Positions 37,443 through 47,521 of a stretch of DNA of 64,000 nucleotides are shown here, piece by piece. Under the pieces are notes generated by a model. That model was not told where the DNA came from. It did not search any database and saw nothing but the letters and a program-made list of their open reading frames with translations. The stretch spans positions 1,440,001-1,504,000 of the forward strand of contig OY843584.1 of the NCBI GenBank assembly GCA_963692915.1, read 5' to 3'. The stretch's first letter is position 1. Every line of letters starts with the position of its first letter. The translations under genes were made by a program, and so were the position numbers. This DNA is from Cenarchaeum sp. (GTDB lineage Archaea; Thermoproteota; Nitrososphaeria; Nitrososphaerales; Nitrosopumilaceae).

Positions 37443-37946
37443 CTAGGCGCCGGCGAGTTCCAGCTCAAAGTCGCGCTCTATTATGCTCCACGCCGACTCG
37501 ACAGTCACGGTTCCAGACACGGCATACGTGCTGACCGCACCGGCGATGACGGCGTCATAGAGCGTCGCGTTCTCTGCGTCTCGAACCATGTACGCGATCG
37601 ACTTTAGCGGTATCGTCTTGTCTGTCGTAAAGACCACGCGGCCCGGCATCGCGACGTCTGCGGTGGAATACTCGCCGCTGGCGACCTTTTCGCCGCCTGC
37701 CGAGATGCCATAGCTGATGCTCGGTATCGTGAACGTCTTCTCTGACGGGTTTCTGACATCAAAGGTCACCTCGAGTCGCGCGCGATCCGCAATCGAGTCG
37801 ACCTGGGTGACCTCGACGGTTCCGGAGACCATCTCGACGCTTTCAAGTGACTCATTGTCAAGGCTCGCATAGTAGACAAATCCGGCCATCATGGCCAATA
37901 GGCCGCCTATGGCGGCAAACACGGTCATCCTGCTCTGGAGCTTCAT
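37443..37946 (-). CDS. Membrane-anchored LEA_2-like protein
   Basis: MKLQSR start, TM segment, FDVRNPS motif. Confidence 0.7.
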   Translation of the reverse strand: MKLQSRMTVFAAIGGLLAMMAGFVYYASLDNESLESVEMVSGTVEVTQVDSIADRARLEVTFDVRNPSEKTFTIPSISYGISAGGEKVASGEYSTADVAMPGRVVFTTDKTIPLKSIAYMVRDAENATLYDAVIAGAVSTYAVSGTVTVESAWSIIERDFELELAGA

Positions 37947-38127
37947 ACGCGCACGCGCGCTGTGGGCGGGTAAAAAAGGCTTGGTCACGGTGTTGGCAAA
38001 ATCGCGCGTCCGGAGAGCCGGCGTGATGACCGGCGCGCCACGGGACCGATGCCATGGCCTACTCAAGACCGCCCGCACACGAATACCGCCAATGGCTAAT
38101 ATTGCCAGTGCTGACCCATGCGCGCAC

Positions 38128-38622
38128 ATGGCAATAGAGCAGGCCCTCCTGACTTGGGCACACCTGACTGCGGCATCCGTCTGGGTGGGGGGAAGCCTAT
38201 TTCTTGGAATTGTGCTCGCGCCGGTCCTAAAGCGCACGGGAATGAGTGCAGCAGAGCGCATCGCGTTCATGGTTCTAGTCGGCAGGCGCTTTAACTGGGT
38301 GGCAGTTCCCGCACTCGCGCTGCTCGTCGGAACCGGCGTGCACATGTCCGGCACGCTCCTGGGCCGGCCCGACCTTCTCCTTGCGTCCGGCTATGGGGTG
38401 TGGCTTGCGATAAAGGTGGCACTCGTCGTCGCGCTAATCGTCACGTTTGCGGTTCACGTCTGGATTGTGCGCGGGAGCGTCGAGGCGCAGATCAGAAATG
38501 GCCTCCTTGACGGCGCCGCACTTGCGTCACTGCGCAAAAAGATCATCGTGCTCGGCGAGGCGATGGTCGTGATGTCAGTTGTCATACTGTTTCTTGCCGC
38601 CCTTCTCGACGCAGGCGCGTGA
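38128..38622 (+). CDS. CopD-family membrane protein
   Basis: HLTAASVWVGG...YGVWLAIKVALV. Confidence 0.8.
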   Translation: MAIEQALLTWAHLTAASVWVGGSLFLGIVLAPVLKRTGMSAAERIAFMVLVGRRFNWVAVPALALLVGTGVHMSGTLLGRPDLLLASGYGVWLAIKVALVVALIVTFAVHVWIVRGSVEAQIRNGLLDGAALASLRKKIIVLGEAMVVMSVVILFLAALLDAGA

Positions 38623-38656
38623 GGCTTTAAACGTGGGCTGTCGTGCCACGCATCGC

Positions 38657-39160
38657 ATGAACGGGCTTCTTGTCGGGCGGTTCCAGCCGTTTCACCTGGG
38701 TCACATCGAGGCGATCCGCTTTGCGCTGGTTCGCTCCGAGTCGCTCTGGCTCTGCATCGGGAGCTCCAATGCGCCACAGGACGCGAAAAACCCGTTCAGT
38801 CTAGCCGAGCGCCAAGAGATGATAGACTCGTCACTCGACGATGACACGGCGCAGCGCGTGAGGGTCTATGCGATTCCCGACTATGACGACCACGCGAGGT
38901 GGATTGAGGAGATCGACGCGACGGTGCCCGAGTACAGCGTGGTCTATACCAACGACGAGACGAGTGCGGCGATGTTCAGGAGGCGCAGCAGGGAGACCGT
39001 CGAGATAGCGCTCGCCTCGCGCGAGACGCTTGAGGGCTCGAGGATTCGCGCCGAGATCGCCGCCGGCAGGAACGTCTCGGATCTCGTTCCGGCCGGAACC
39101 GCGCGCGTCCTGGCCGGGATAGGCGCGCCTGCGCGCCTTGCGGCCTTTAACTATAAATGA
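38657..39160 (+). CDS. nadM: Nicotinamide-nucleotide adenylyltransferase
   Basis: GRFQPFHLGH, IGS...NPFS..ER. Confidence 0.92.
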   Translation: MNGLLVGRFQPFHLGHIEAIRFALVRSESLWLCIGSSNAPQDAKNPFSLAERQEMIDSSLDDDTAQRVRVYAIPDYDDHARWIEEIDATVPEYSVVYTNDETSAAMFRRRSRETVEIALASRETLEGSRIRAEIAAGRNVSDLVPAGTARVLAGIGAPARLAAFNYK

Positions 39161-39193
39161 CGAGGGCGCGGTGGGGTCGGCGGCAAGACCGCC

Positions 39194-40342
39194 TTGGAGT
39201 ACCTAGTTATGCTGCCCGGCCCGACGAACGTTCCTGAGCGTGTCATGCGCGCAATGTACGTGCCCATGATAAACCACCGGAGCGACGACTTTGTGGGCCT
39301 ATACGAGCGCTGCGTTGAGAGCACGAAAAGCGTCTTTCGCACGTCTGGCGATGCCGTCTGCCTCTCGGCATCAGGAACCGGCGCAGTCGAGGCCAGCGTC
39401 GTCAATATAGTCCAAAAGGGCGACAAGGTCATCATTCCGGTTAACGGTGAGTTTAGCGGGAGGCTCGCGCAGATGATAGAGTGGGCCGGCGGCAATGTCG
39501 TAAAGGTGGAGACACCGCCGGGCAAGAGCGCGACGCTCGATCAGGTTCGCGAGGCATTTGACAACAATCCGGACGTAAAGGCGTTCTATTGCGTGTGGAA
39601 CGAGACCTCGACGGGGACGATGATAAAGTACCTTGACCGCATAAAGGATCTCACGGCAAGAAACGACGCAATGTATGTCGTTGACGGCGTCTCGATCGTC
39701 GGCGGCGAGGAGCTCGAGATGGACAAGTGGGGAGTCGATGTCGCAATGACGGGCGCGCAAAAGGCCTTTGCGGCCCCACCGGGAATATCCCCGATATGCG
39801 TAAACGCGCGCGCAAAAAAGCACATGATCGCACACCCTCCACGGTCGATGTACTTTAACCTCGCACGATACTTCAAGTACTATGAGGAGGCCAAGCACAC
39901 GCCGTTCACGCCAGCACTTCCGCTCCTCTACGCGTACAGGGAGGCACTTGACATCATACTCGAGGAGGGTCTTGACGCGAGGATTGCGCGGCACAGGGCG
40001 TGCTCATCAGCACTCTATGCCGGCCTCGGTGCGATCGGCCTGACGCCGTTTGCCGATGAGGACTCGCGCTCAACGGTAGTTATCGCGCTAAACTACCTCA
40101 AGGGTCTCAAGGATTCCGAGTTCCGTGGCACGCTCGCATCAAAGTTCCGCGTTCTCGTCGCCGGTGGCTTTGGCGACCTCAAGGGCAGCGTCTTTCGCGT
40201 TGGGTGCATGGGCGAGGTCGGCCCATATCACGTCATGCGCACAATCTCGGCGATATCCTCAACGCTTGCGATGATGGGCCACAAGACTGACACACAGGCT
40301 GGACTAGAGACCGCGAGCAGCAAGCTGCGCGCGCTCGCCTGA
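39194..40342 (+). CDS. Class V aminotransferase (serine-pyruvate / alanine-glyoxylate family)
   Basis: LPGPT, NETSTG, VDGVS, GAQKA..PPG, FRVGCMG. Confidence 0.92.
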   Translation: MEYLVMLPGPTNVPERVMRAMYVPMINHRSDDFVGLYERCVESTKSVFRTSGDAVCLSASGTGAVEASVVNIVQKGDKVIIPVNGEFSGRLAQMIEWAGGNVVKVETPPGKSATLDQVREAFDNNPDVKAFYCVWNETSTGTMIKYLDRIKDLTARNDAMYVVDGVSIVGGEELEMDKWGVDVAMTGAQKAFAAPPGISPICVNARAKKHMIAHPPRSMYFNLARYFKYYEEAKHTPFTPALPLLYAYREALDIILEEGLDARIARHRACSSALYAGLGAIGLTPFADEDSRSTVVIALNYLKGLKDSEFRGTLASKFRVLVAGGFGDLKGSVFRVGCMGEVGPYHVMRTISAISSTLAMMGHKTDTQAGLETASSKLRALA

Positions 40343-40544
40343 GCGCCAGATGCCGGCTCGGTTCCGGCCTACACGCGCACATGTTGGCCAAAACCCCGTC
40401 CTTGCACCCCCGTGCTGATGACACACCTGCCGGCTCTGTGAGCTCGCCCGCGCATTCCACGGCACCGCCACCAGTCTCTGGTGGGGCAGGGACGGCGCAG
40501 ATTTCGGATCGGATTTAAATAAGGAAGTTTGAGCAGCACGCCTG

Positions 40545-41276
40545 TTGGCATTTGCCAAAGGCTCCCTGGTCCTAGTTGACTATGACGGCAAGGCAAAGGG
40601 AACAGAGGATGTCGTGGAGACCACGCGCAAGGCGCGCGTCGGCTTCGAGCCCGCACCACGCCTCATCGCAGTCGGCGAGGGCTGGGTTCTCAAGGGACTC
40701 GACGAGGAGCTCGCAAAGATGTCAGTCGACGAAAAGCGCTCAATAGAGATACCGCCGGACAGGGCATACGGCCTGCGCGAGCCCAAGAAGGTCCGGATGA
40801 TCCCGCTGCGCAAGCTCGGCGAGGACGCCGAAAAGGTCACAGTCGGCGACTCGATCAACCTTGATGGCCGTGAGGGAATCATACGCTATATCGGCTCGGG
40901 CAGGGTCCAGGTTGACTATAACCACAAGCACGCCGGCAAGACGATCGTGTACGAGATGCACGTCGTGCGCGCCCTAGAGGCCGACTCTGAGAAGGCCACT
41001 GCGATTGTAGACAGGGGCATGGAGGGCATCGGCAAGGGGACGACGTCGACGCTCTCGGGGCAGACCCTTGAGGTCATGGTTCCCCGGACACTGTTCCGTG
41101 CCGAGGGCCTGCAGGCCGCAAAGCACATGATCCAGCACGACATGTTCAGGTTTGTGCCCGCCGTGCAGACGCTGCGCTTTATCGAGGAGCACCGCGCCTC
41201 GCCTCCAAAGGAGACGGTCACAAAGGGCGAGTTCCTCAAAGAGTCTGCGCCTGATGCGATCAAGCCACGCGCGTGA
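40545..41276 (+). CDS. Long-type FKBP peptidyl-prolyl isomerase (SlyD-like)
   Basis: VGEGWVLKGLDE, PDRAYG, RVQVDYNH..AGKT. Confidence 0.9.
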   Translation: MAFAKGSLVLVDYDGKAKGTEDVVETTRKARVGFEPAPRLIAVGEGWVLKGLDEELAKMSVDEKRSIEIPPDRAYGLREPKKVRMIPLRKLGEDAEKVTVGDSINLDGREGIIRYIGSGRVQVDYNHKHAGKTIVYEMHVVRALEADSEKATAIVDRGMEGIGKGTTSTLSGQTLEVMVPRTLFRAEGLQAAKHMIQHDMFRFVPAVQTLRFIEEHRASPPKETVTKGEFLKESAPDAIKPRA

Positions 41277-42336
41277 GGCGCGCAAGCGATCGGGCTCTGC
41301 GCTCGGTGAGCAGGGCTCTTGCAAGTATCGTGCGGCGTCCTGGCCGCAGTGACTGCGCCATGAGGAGGGCTCGCACGACATCATCCTCGCCTATTCCAAT
41401 GTCTGCGGCGCGCACGGGCGCACCGACTGCGGCGAGCGCGCGGCGTATGGCTTTCCAGTCCTGGCCCTGGAGGCTCGCAGTCATTATGGATCCAATGCCA
41501 CACTTTTCGCCGTGGAGCCCCATGCCGGGGGCAATCCTGTCAAGTGCGTGAGAAAAGAGGTGCTCGGCGCCCGAGCACGGCCTGCTGCTTCCGGCAATGC
41601 CGGCGGCCACGCCGGCGCTGATTAGGGCCTCCACGACAACGCGGACATTGGCACCGTCGCGCGCAAAGGCGCGCGCGTTGCCTATTACGGTCTGCGCTCC
41701 CATCCTAGCTAGGTTTGCCGCATACTCGCCGTAATATTCGCCCGTGTCATCACGCCCTATCTCCCAGTCGCGCACGGCAACAATGTTTGCGATGAGGTCG
41801 CCGCACCCGCTAGCAAGGAGCCTCGCCGGTGCCCTCTTGATGACTGCGATATCGACAAAGACGCCGAGGGGCGCGCCGGCGACTAGCGAGTGGGGCCTTG
41901 ATGATCCCCGGACCGAGACGAACGGGCTTGCAATCCCGTCATGCGAGGCCGCAGTGGGGACGCTGATAAACGGGACGCGCATCGTGTGGGCCGCCATCTT
42001 TGCCGCATCGACTGCGCGACCCCCCCCAACGCCGGCGACGAGGCGAGGCTTTTTGCGGCCCATCTCAGAGGCCAGGCCCGCCAGGGATCGCGCATCATTC
42101 TCCGGTGCGGCATGCCAGGAGACGCCCAGGCCCGCCCTGGCCATCGACGAGCCCACGGTTCGCCCAATGGCCCGCCGGACGTCAGGGCCGGCCACGATGG
42201 CCACCCTGCCGGCTCCTGTGAGCGAGGCGACAAAGGCCCCTAGGCGACCCATCGTCCCCTCGCCTATGGCTATCCGCCGTGGAAGCTCCATCGTGTGGGG
42301 CCGCGCGCGTGCGCGCGAGGTCCTGCCCCCGCTCAT
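41260..42336 (-). CDS. egsA: sn-glycerol-1-phosphate dehydrogenase
   Basis: GVGGGR..DAAK, PTAASHDGIASP, SRPCSGAEHLFSHALD, HGEKCG. Confidence 0.95.
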   Translation of the reverse strand: MSGGRTSRARARPHTMELPRRIAIGEGTMGRLGAFVASLTGAGRVAIVAGPDVRRAIGRTVGSSMARAGLGVSWHAAPENDARSLAGLASEMGRKKPRLVAGVGGGRAVDAAKMAAHTMRVPFISVPTAASHDGIASPFVSVRGSSRPHSLVAGAPLGVFVDIAVIKRAPARLLASGCGDLIANIVAVRDWEIGRDDTGEYYGEYAANLARMGAQTVIGNARAFARDGANVRVVVEALISAGVAAGIAGSSRPCSGAEHLFSHALDRIAPGMGLHGEKCGIGSIMTASLQGQDWKAIRRALAAVGAPVRAADIGIGEDDVVRALLMAQSLRPGRRTILARALLTERRARSLARLTRVA

Positions 42337-42401
42337 GGCCACGCGTGGCCAAAAAGTTATTTAAAAGGGTGTCAGGCGCGTGAGGCCATCAGGGAGCATT
42401 T

Positions 42402-43031
42402 TTGTCAAGCGTAGAGAATCTCATACTTCACGGGACGACGACAGTCGGCATCAAGGCCGCCGACGGCGTCGTCCTCTGCGCTGACATGAGGGCCAGCGCG
42501 GGCTACTTTATCGCCAACAACAACACGATGAAGATACAGCGGATCGACGAGCACGCGGGCATGACGATGGCCGGAGGCGTCGCCGACGCGCAGAACATCA
42601 CTGACGCGCTGCGCTACCACGCCAGGCTCCATCGCGTCAGAAAGCAGCGCCCGATGCCGATACGCTCGATAACGCGCCTCGCCTCGCTCATATTCCACCA
42701 GAACCGCGGATACCCCTTTATCGCCGACATACTCGTCGGGGGCCATGACGAGGACGGGCCGGCCCTCTTTAACATCGACATGTTCGGCTCTGTTGAGCCA
42801 AAGACATACGTCACGACGGGCAGCGGCTCGCCAGTCGCCTATGGCCTCCTTGAGGAGGAGTATGCCGAGGGAATATCGATCGATGACGCAAAGCGCGTCG
42901 CATTTCGCGCCGTGAGCGCAGCGATTGCGCGCAACATCGGAACCGGCGACGGGATAAACGTCGCAACAGTCGACAAGAACGGCTTCCGCCTCCTCACCGT
43001 CGAGGAAAAGTCGGCATTGGGGAAGTCCTAA
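42402..43031 (+). CDS. psmB: Proteasome beta subunit
   Basis: HG/TTTVG, AGGVADAQ, TGSGSP.AYG. Confidence 0.96.
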   Translation: MSSVENLILHGTTTVGIKAADGVVLCADMRASAGYFIANNNTMKIQRIDEHAGMTMAGGVADAQNITDALRYHARLHRVRKQRPMPIRSITRLASLIFHQNRGYPFIADILVGGHDEDGPALFNIDMFGSVEPKTYVTTGSGSPVAYGLLEEEYAEGISIDDAKRVAFRAVSAAIARNIGTGDGINVATVDKNGFRLLTVEEKSALGKS

Positions 43032-43040
43032 AGATCACAC

Positions 43041-45002
43041 ATGCAACGCAAACAGCAGCCGCGCGGCAGGCCCGCAGGCCCAAAAAAGGAGCGAGTGTCC
43101 GGCCAGAATATCATGGCTGCCATACTCAAGGGAATACCCGCCGAGTCCGGCGTGCGCAAGATAGAGTACGAGGGTCCGCGCATCGCGCTATACACGGACA
43201 CGCCGCGATACCTCATAGAGCACAATGACATTATCTCCAATCTCGTAAACACGATCAAAAAGCGCATAGTCATACGCACGCTAGAAGAGTCGAGAAAGGC
43301 AGAAGATGCGGCGCGCCGCACACTAGTGGGCCTTGTTCCCAAGGAGGCCGGCATGCAGGGCATGTTCTTTGACGCGGCGACCGGAGAGGTCACGCTTGAG
43401 GCAAAGCGCCCCTGGCTCCTGCAAAAGGGCGCCTCGTCATTCAGCGCGGCTGACGCCGCCGAGAAGACGGGCTGGATACTGCGAATCAAAAAGGCGCCGA
43501 CGTTCCAGTCTAGCACGATCCAGGCGATAAACCACAGCCTAAAGGTGTCAGCAACAGAGCGCAGCAAGCAGCTAAAAAAGATCGGCGATGAGATATTTCG
43601 CTCGAGGATAACGACGCGCACGGACGTCTCGCTCTTTACGCTCGGCGGCTTTGGGCAGGTCGGCCGCTCGTGCATGCTCCTTGCGACGCCAGAAAGCAAG
43701 GTCCTCATCGACTGCGGCGTCAATCCCGGCGGCCGCACGCCGTCTGAGTCCTTTCCGCGCCTTGACTGGCTAAGCATGACAATAGACGACCTTGACGCAG
43801 TTGTCATCGGCCATGCGCACCTTGACCACACGGGATTCCTCCCCGTCCTCTGCAAGTATGGGTACAGGGGTCCAATATACTGCACAGAGCCGACGCTGCC
43901 CATGATGAACCTCATACAGCTCGACGCGATAAAGGTCGCCGCCGCGCAGGGCCGCACGCCAATGTACTCAGAGCCAGACGTGAGGCAGATAATGAGGCAG
44001 ACGATCACGCTCCCGTACGGCACGGTCACTGACATATCGCCGGACATAAAGCTCGTCCTGGCAAACGCGGGCCATATCGTCGGCTCGGCACTCTGCCACT
44101 TTCACATAGGCAACGGGGATCACAACTTTGTCTATTCGGGGGACATAAAGTTCGCCAAGAGCGCGCTATTTGAGGCGGCGAGCTGGAACTTTCCGAGGGC
44201 CGAGACGCTCCTCATCGAGTCGACATATGGCGCAAAGGAGGACATACAGCCCTCGCGCCAGGAAGTCGAGACGCTCTTTGTCAGGCTAGTCAACGAGACG
44301 CTCAACGCAGGCGGCAAGGTCATAATCCCGATACCCGCAGTGGGGCGCGCGCAGGAGATAATGATGGTAATAGACGGATACATGAAGTCCGGCCAGATGA
44401 CTGAGGCGCCGGTGTTTACCGAGGGCATGATAACTGAGGCCTCTGCAATCCACGAGACGCACCCTGACTATCTCGCGCGCGAGCTGCGCCAAAAGATACT
44501 AGAGACGGATGACAACCCGTTTGACTCTGAATATTTCACAAACATCGAGCATGCCAATGCGCGAGACGAGCCGCTGCGCGAGGGCTCACCATGCATCATC
44601 ATGGCAACATCGGGCATGCTAGAGGGCGGCCCAATACTCGAGTACTTTCGCGAGCTCGTCACCGATGAGCGCAACCTCCTTCTCTTTGTGTCGTACCAGG
44701 TCAACGGAACGCTCGGGAGGCGCGTCCTTGATGGCGCAAAGCAGGTCTCGCTCCTTGGCAAGGGCGGCAAGGTCAGCGTTGTTAGCGTAAAGTCAAGGAT
44801 GGAAAAGCTCGACGGCTTTAGCGGCCACAGCGACTATAACCAGCTAATGTCGTTCGTGCAGAGGCTGCGCCCAAAGCTGCGGCGCGTTCTTGTCAACCAC
44901 GGAGAACGACGCAAGTCAGACAACCTGTCAGCATCCATCCGGAGACTCTACAGAATTCCTGCCCACAATCCACAGATACAAGAAGCGATCAGGCTATTTT
45001 AG
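43041..45002 (+). CDS. fttA: Beta-CASP ribonuclease aCPSF1 (FttA)
   Basis: N-terminal KH domains, HAHLDH, AGHIVGS, FSGHSD, NHGE; next to psmB. Confidence 0.96.
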   Translation: MQRKQQPRGRPAGPKKERVSGQNIMAAILKGIPAESGVRKIEYEGPRIALYTDTPRYLIEHNDIISNLVNTIKKRIVIRTLEESRKAEDAARRTLVGLVPKEAGMQGMFFDAATGEVTLEAKRPWLLQKGASSFSAADAAEKTGWILRIKKAPTFQSSTIQAINHSLKVSATERSKQLKKIGDEIFRSRITTRTDVSLFTLGGFGQVGRSCMLLATPESKVLIDCGVNPGGRTPSESFPRLDWLSMTIDDLDAVVIGHAHLDHTGFLPVLCKYGYRGPIYCTEPTLPMMNLIQLDAIKVAAAQGRTPMYSEPDVRQIMRQTITLPYGTVTDISPDIKLVLANAGHIVGSALCHFHIGNGDHNFVYSGDIKFAKSALFEAASWNFPRAETLLIESTYGAKEDIQPSRQEVETLFVRLVNETLNAGGKVIIPIPAVGRAQEIMMVIDGYMKSGQMTEAPVFTEGMITEASAIHETHPDYLARELRQKILETDDNPFDSEYFTNIEHANARDEPLREGSPCIIMATSGMLEGGPILEYFRELVTDERNLLLFVSYQVNGTLGRRVLDGAKQVSLLGKGGKVSVVSVKSRMEKLDGFSGHSDYNQLMSFVQRLRPKLRRVLVNHGERRKSDNLSASIRRLYRIPAHNPQIQEAIRLF

Positions 45003-45272
45003 GCCATAGTCTGGCTTCCAGATCTTTATCCTTGATGGCGTGACGATTATGCGCTCCTCGCCGAGGCGCGCAATGTCATAGCCGTTCTCCTTTGCGAGCG
45101 CATAGAGCTCCGAGACGAGCGCGCGCAGCTTTGTGACGTCCTTGTTTGCCAACGGCGTAACGCGGAGTATGAGGACCATGCCTCCCTTGACGTCCTCCCT
45201 TATCTGGCGCATGTCGCTAGGGTCGCGTATCGTGATGGCCTTGAGGTATGTCGGCGCTTCTTGCCTCTGCAT
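44994..45272 (-). CDS. sepF: Cell division protein SepF (archaeal type)
   Basis: LILRVTPL...DIARLGEERIIVTP. Confidence 0.8.
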   Translation of the reverse strand: MQRQEAPTYLKAITIRDPSDMRQIREDVKGGMVLILRVTPLANKDVTKLRALVSELYALAKENGYDIARLGEERIIVTPSRIKIWKPDYGLK

Positions 45273-45326
45273 CGTGTCCGTGCTCGTGGCCTTCCCCTTG
45301 AAATACCTTTTTTTGCCCCTGCGCGC

Positions 45327-46325
45327 CTAGAGCATGACTCCGGCGTAGGACTCCTCGCGAGCCGGACCCACGACGAGCTCGCCGGCGCGGGCACCGGCAA
45401 GTCTTACCTTGCCGTCCTCGCCGGCCGGTGAGTCCGAGTAGCGCAGCGTGACAGACGCACAAAACTCAACGTGTTCGCCGGCGTCAGCTCCGCGAACAAG
45501 CGAGACTGGCCCGACGTGATCTGCGGCCTCGAGGACAATGTCGTCGGGAAGTGCTAGCGCGCGTATGGTCTCGTTTTCTTCATGGTTTCTGCCAACGATA
45601 AGGCGCGCGTTATCGCCTAGCCTAAAGTGGCGGCCGACCTTTAGCAAGTCGACGTCGTTTATTGTAGGTGTCTGCGTGTGCGCAAAGAGATCCTTTGCGC
45701 GCCGACCAAACGACTTGTCAGTCAGGAGACACCCACCGCCTGCGTTTGGCGGGTTTGCAATGCCGTACTCGCGCGCCATGCGCAGCTGTGATCGACGGCT
45801 CCTGCCCCTGATCATGCCGAGGTCCTCGCGTCGTATGAGGCCATCGCGCTCGGCATCAGTCTCCGGAAGGAGCGCGCCGCTGAGCGGGCGCACTATCTTG
45901 CCCTGGAGTTTTGAGTCCTTTTCTATGATCCTCATTGCGTCACGGTGCTGGCTCATCGGGCGCTGGCCCAAAACCTCGCCGGATATGACAAACTCGGCGC
46001 CAATCTCCTCCATGCGCTCCTTGGCCGCATCGAACATCATCGCGCGGCAGTCGACACACGGGTTCATGCCGGCTCCGATCCCGTGCTTTGGCTTTTTTAG
46101 CATCTCGATATACTCGTCACCGAGATATACTGTCTTTAGGTCGACGCCGAGCTCCTCGGCCCTCTCCCTGATCTCAAAGCCGCACCCGCGCCCGCAGTCA
46201 AAGTCGCAGAACGGCGTCTTTATGGCGACTGCCGAGACCTCAAAGCCTCGATCCTGCATCATGCGCACGGCCAGCTGGCTGTCGAGTCCCCCCGAGAGCA
46301 GCGCGACGACCTTTTTCTTGGCCAT
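45327..46325 (-). CDS. ThiI/MnmA-like PP-loop tRNA thiolation protein (DUF814-type)
   Basis: LSGGLDS, NPCVDCR, GEVLGQRPMSQ, GGCLLTD, GRHFR. Confidence 0.85.
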   Translation of the reverse strand: MAKKKVVALLSGGLDSQLAVRMMQDRGFEVSAVAIKTPFCDFDCGRGCGFEIRERAEELGVDLKTVYLGDEYIEMLKKPKHGIGAGMNPCVDCRAMMFDAAKERMEEIGAEFVISGEVLGQRPMSQHRDAMRIIEKDSKLQGKIVRPLSGALLPETDAERDGLIRREDLGMIRGRSRRSQLRMAREYGIANPPNAGGGCLLTDKSFGRRAKDLFAHTQTPTINDVDLLKVGRHFRLGDNARLIVGRNHEENETIRALALPDDIVLEAADHVGPVSLVRGADAGEHVEFCASVTLRYSDSPAGEDGKVRLAGARAGELVVGPAREESYAGVML

Positions 46326-46456
46326 TCTAGCCGACGCGCGCGCCGGACCGCCTTATACGACTTTGCCACCGGCAGCCCACGTGGGTCTCGTGCATGGATT
46401 CGGGTCAAGCGACCCGCGTTCAACAGAGATAAATGGCAATATGCGCGCAGCGTGCC

Positions 46457-47521
46457 ATGAAGAAGCGCAGGGCCAGGCTCATGGCTCACGCACGCGAGGC
46501 CGGCGCCGGCGCGCTCGTCGCATACGAGCCAGAAAACCTCTTCTACATGACGGGGTTCTGGGGCGAGGCCACGGGAGTCCTGGGCGAGGACGGCCGCACG
46601 ACCATCGTCGCGCCGGCTCTCGAGGCCGAGAGGGCCGAGCGTGACTCTGTTGACTGTGAGGTCATATCAACGGAGCGTGGCGCGCCGATGGCCCGCACGC
46701 TCTCCTCACTTGTCAGCAAGGGCGTCATATGCACGGACTGCCGCGATCCGGCCGCGCTGCGCGAGCTCAAAAAGGCAAGCGACGAGGCCAGGCAAGACGA
46801 CACTCCATTCACCGAGTCGCGCATGATAAAGGACGTGCATGAGGTTCGCGCGCTCCAGCACGCGTCTGCAGTCATCGACAGGATGTTTGAGCTCTGCACA
46901 AAGATCATGTCTGCCGGAATGCGCGAGTCCGAGCTTCAGGCAAAGCTAATGTCGTATGCTGCTGAGAACGAGCTTTTTGACACGGGATACAGGTACACGA
47001 CAAACCCGCTTATCATAGCGAGCGGCCCGAACTCTGCGCTGCCACACGCACAGGTAACGCAGAGAAAGTTTGAGCGCGGAGACCTTGTCACCGTAGATAT
47101 CACGCTGCGCTATCGTGGGTATGTGTCTGATGCAACGCGCACATTTGGTATCGGCTCTGTAGGCGACAAGCAGCGTGAGGTCTATGCGATTGTAAAGGAG
47201 GCTCAGGAGCGCGGACTGGACGCGCTTGCGCTAAACGCGTCGTGCAAGTCGATAGACTCGGCATGTCGCGACCACATATTCTCAGAAGGGTACGGCGCGC
47301 GCTTTGTCCACTCGACGGGGCACGGCATTGGCCTTGACGTGCACGAGGAGCCTTCGATCTCGGCGCGCAGCACGCGCGACCTGGTGAGGGGCATGACAAT
47401 AACAGTCGAGCCTGGAATATACGTCCCGCGAACGTTTGGGGTGAGAATAGAGGACTCTGTCATTGTGCGCAAGAGGCCAGCTGCGCTCCACGAGTTCACA
47501 AAGGATCTAGTTGTCATCTGA
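46457..47521 (+). CDS. pepQ: Xaa-Pro peptidase (M24)
   Basis: YVSDATRT, HSTGHGIGLDVHEEP, TVEPGIY, GVRIED. Confidence 0.92.
   Translation: MKKRRARLMAHAREAGAGALVAYEPENLFYMTGFWGEATGVLGEDGRTTIVAPALEAERAERDSVDCEVISTERGAPMARTLSSLVSKGVICTDCRDPAALRELKKASDEARQDDTPFTESRMIKDVHEVRALQHASAVIDRMFELCTKIMSAGMRESELQAKLMSYAAENELFDTGYRYTTNPLIIASGPNSALPHAQVTQRKFERGDLVTVDITLRYRGYVSDATRTFGIGSVGDKQREVYAIVKEAQERGLDALALNASCKSIDSACRDHIFSEGYGARFVHSTGHGIGLDVHEEPSISARSTRDLVRGMTITVEPGIYVPRTFGVRIEDSVIVRKRPAALHEFTKDLVVI

Noticed and set aside
40410-40430. Hammerhead ribozyme or fluoride riboswitch (GCTGATGAC)
   Set aside because: No GAAA core for a hammerhead; no upstream GATGG pairing segment or fluoride-related gene.
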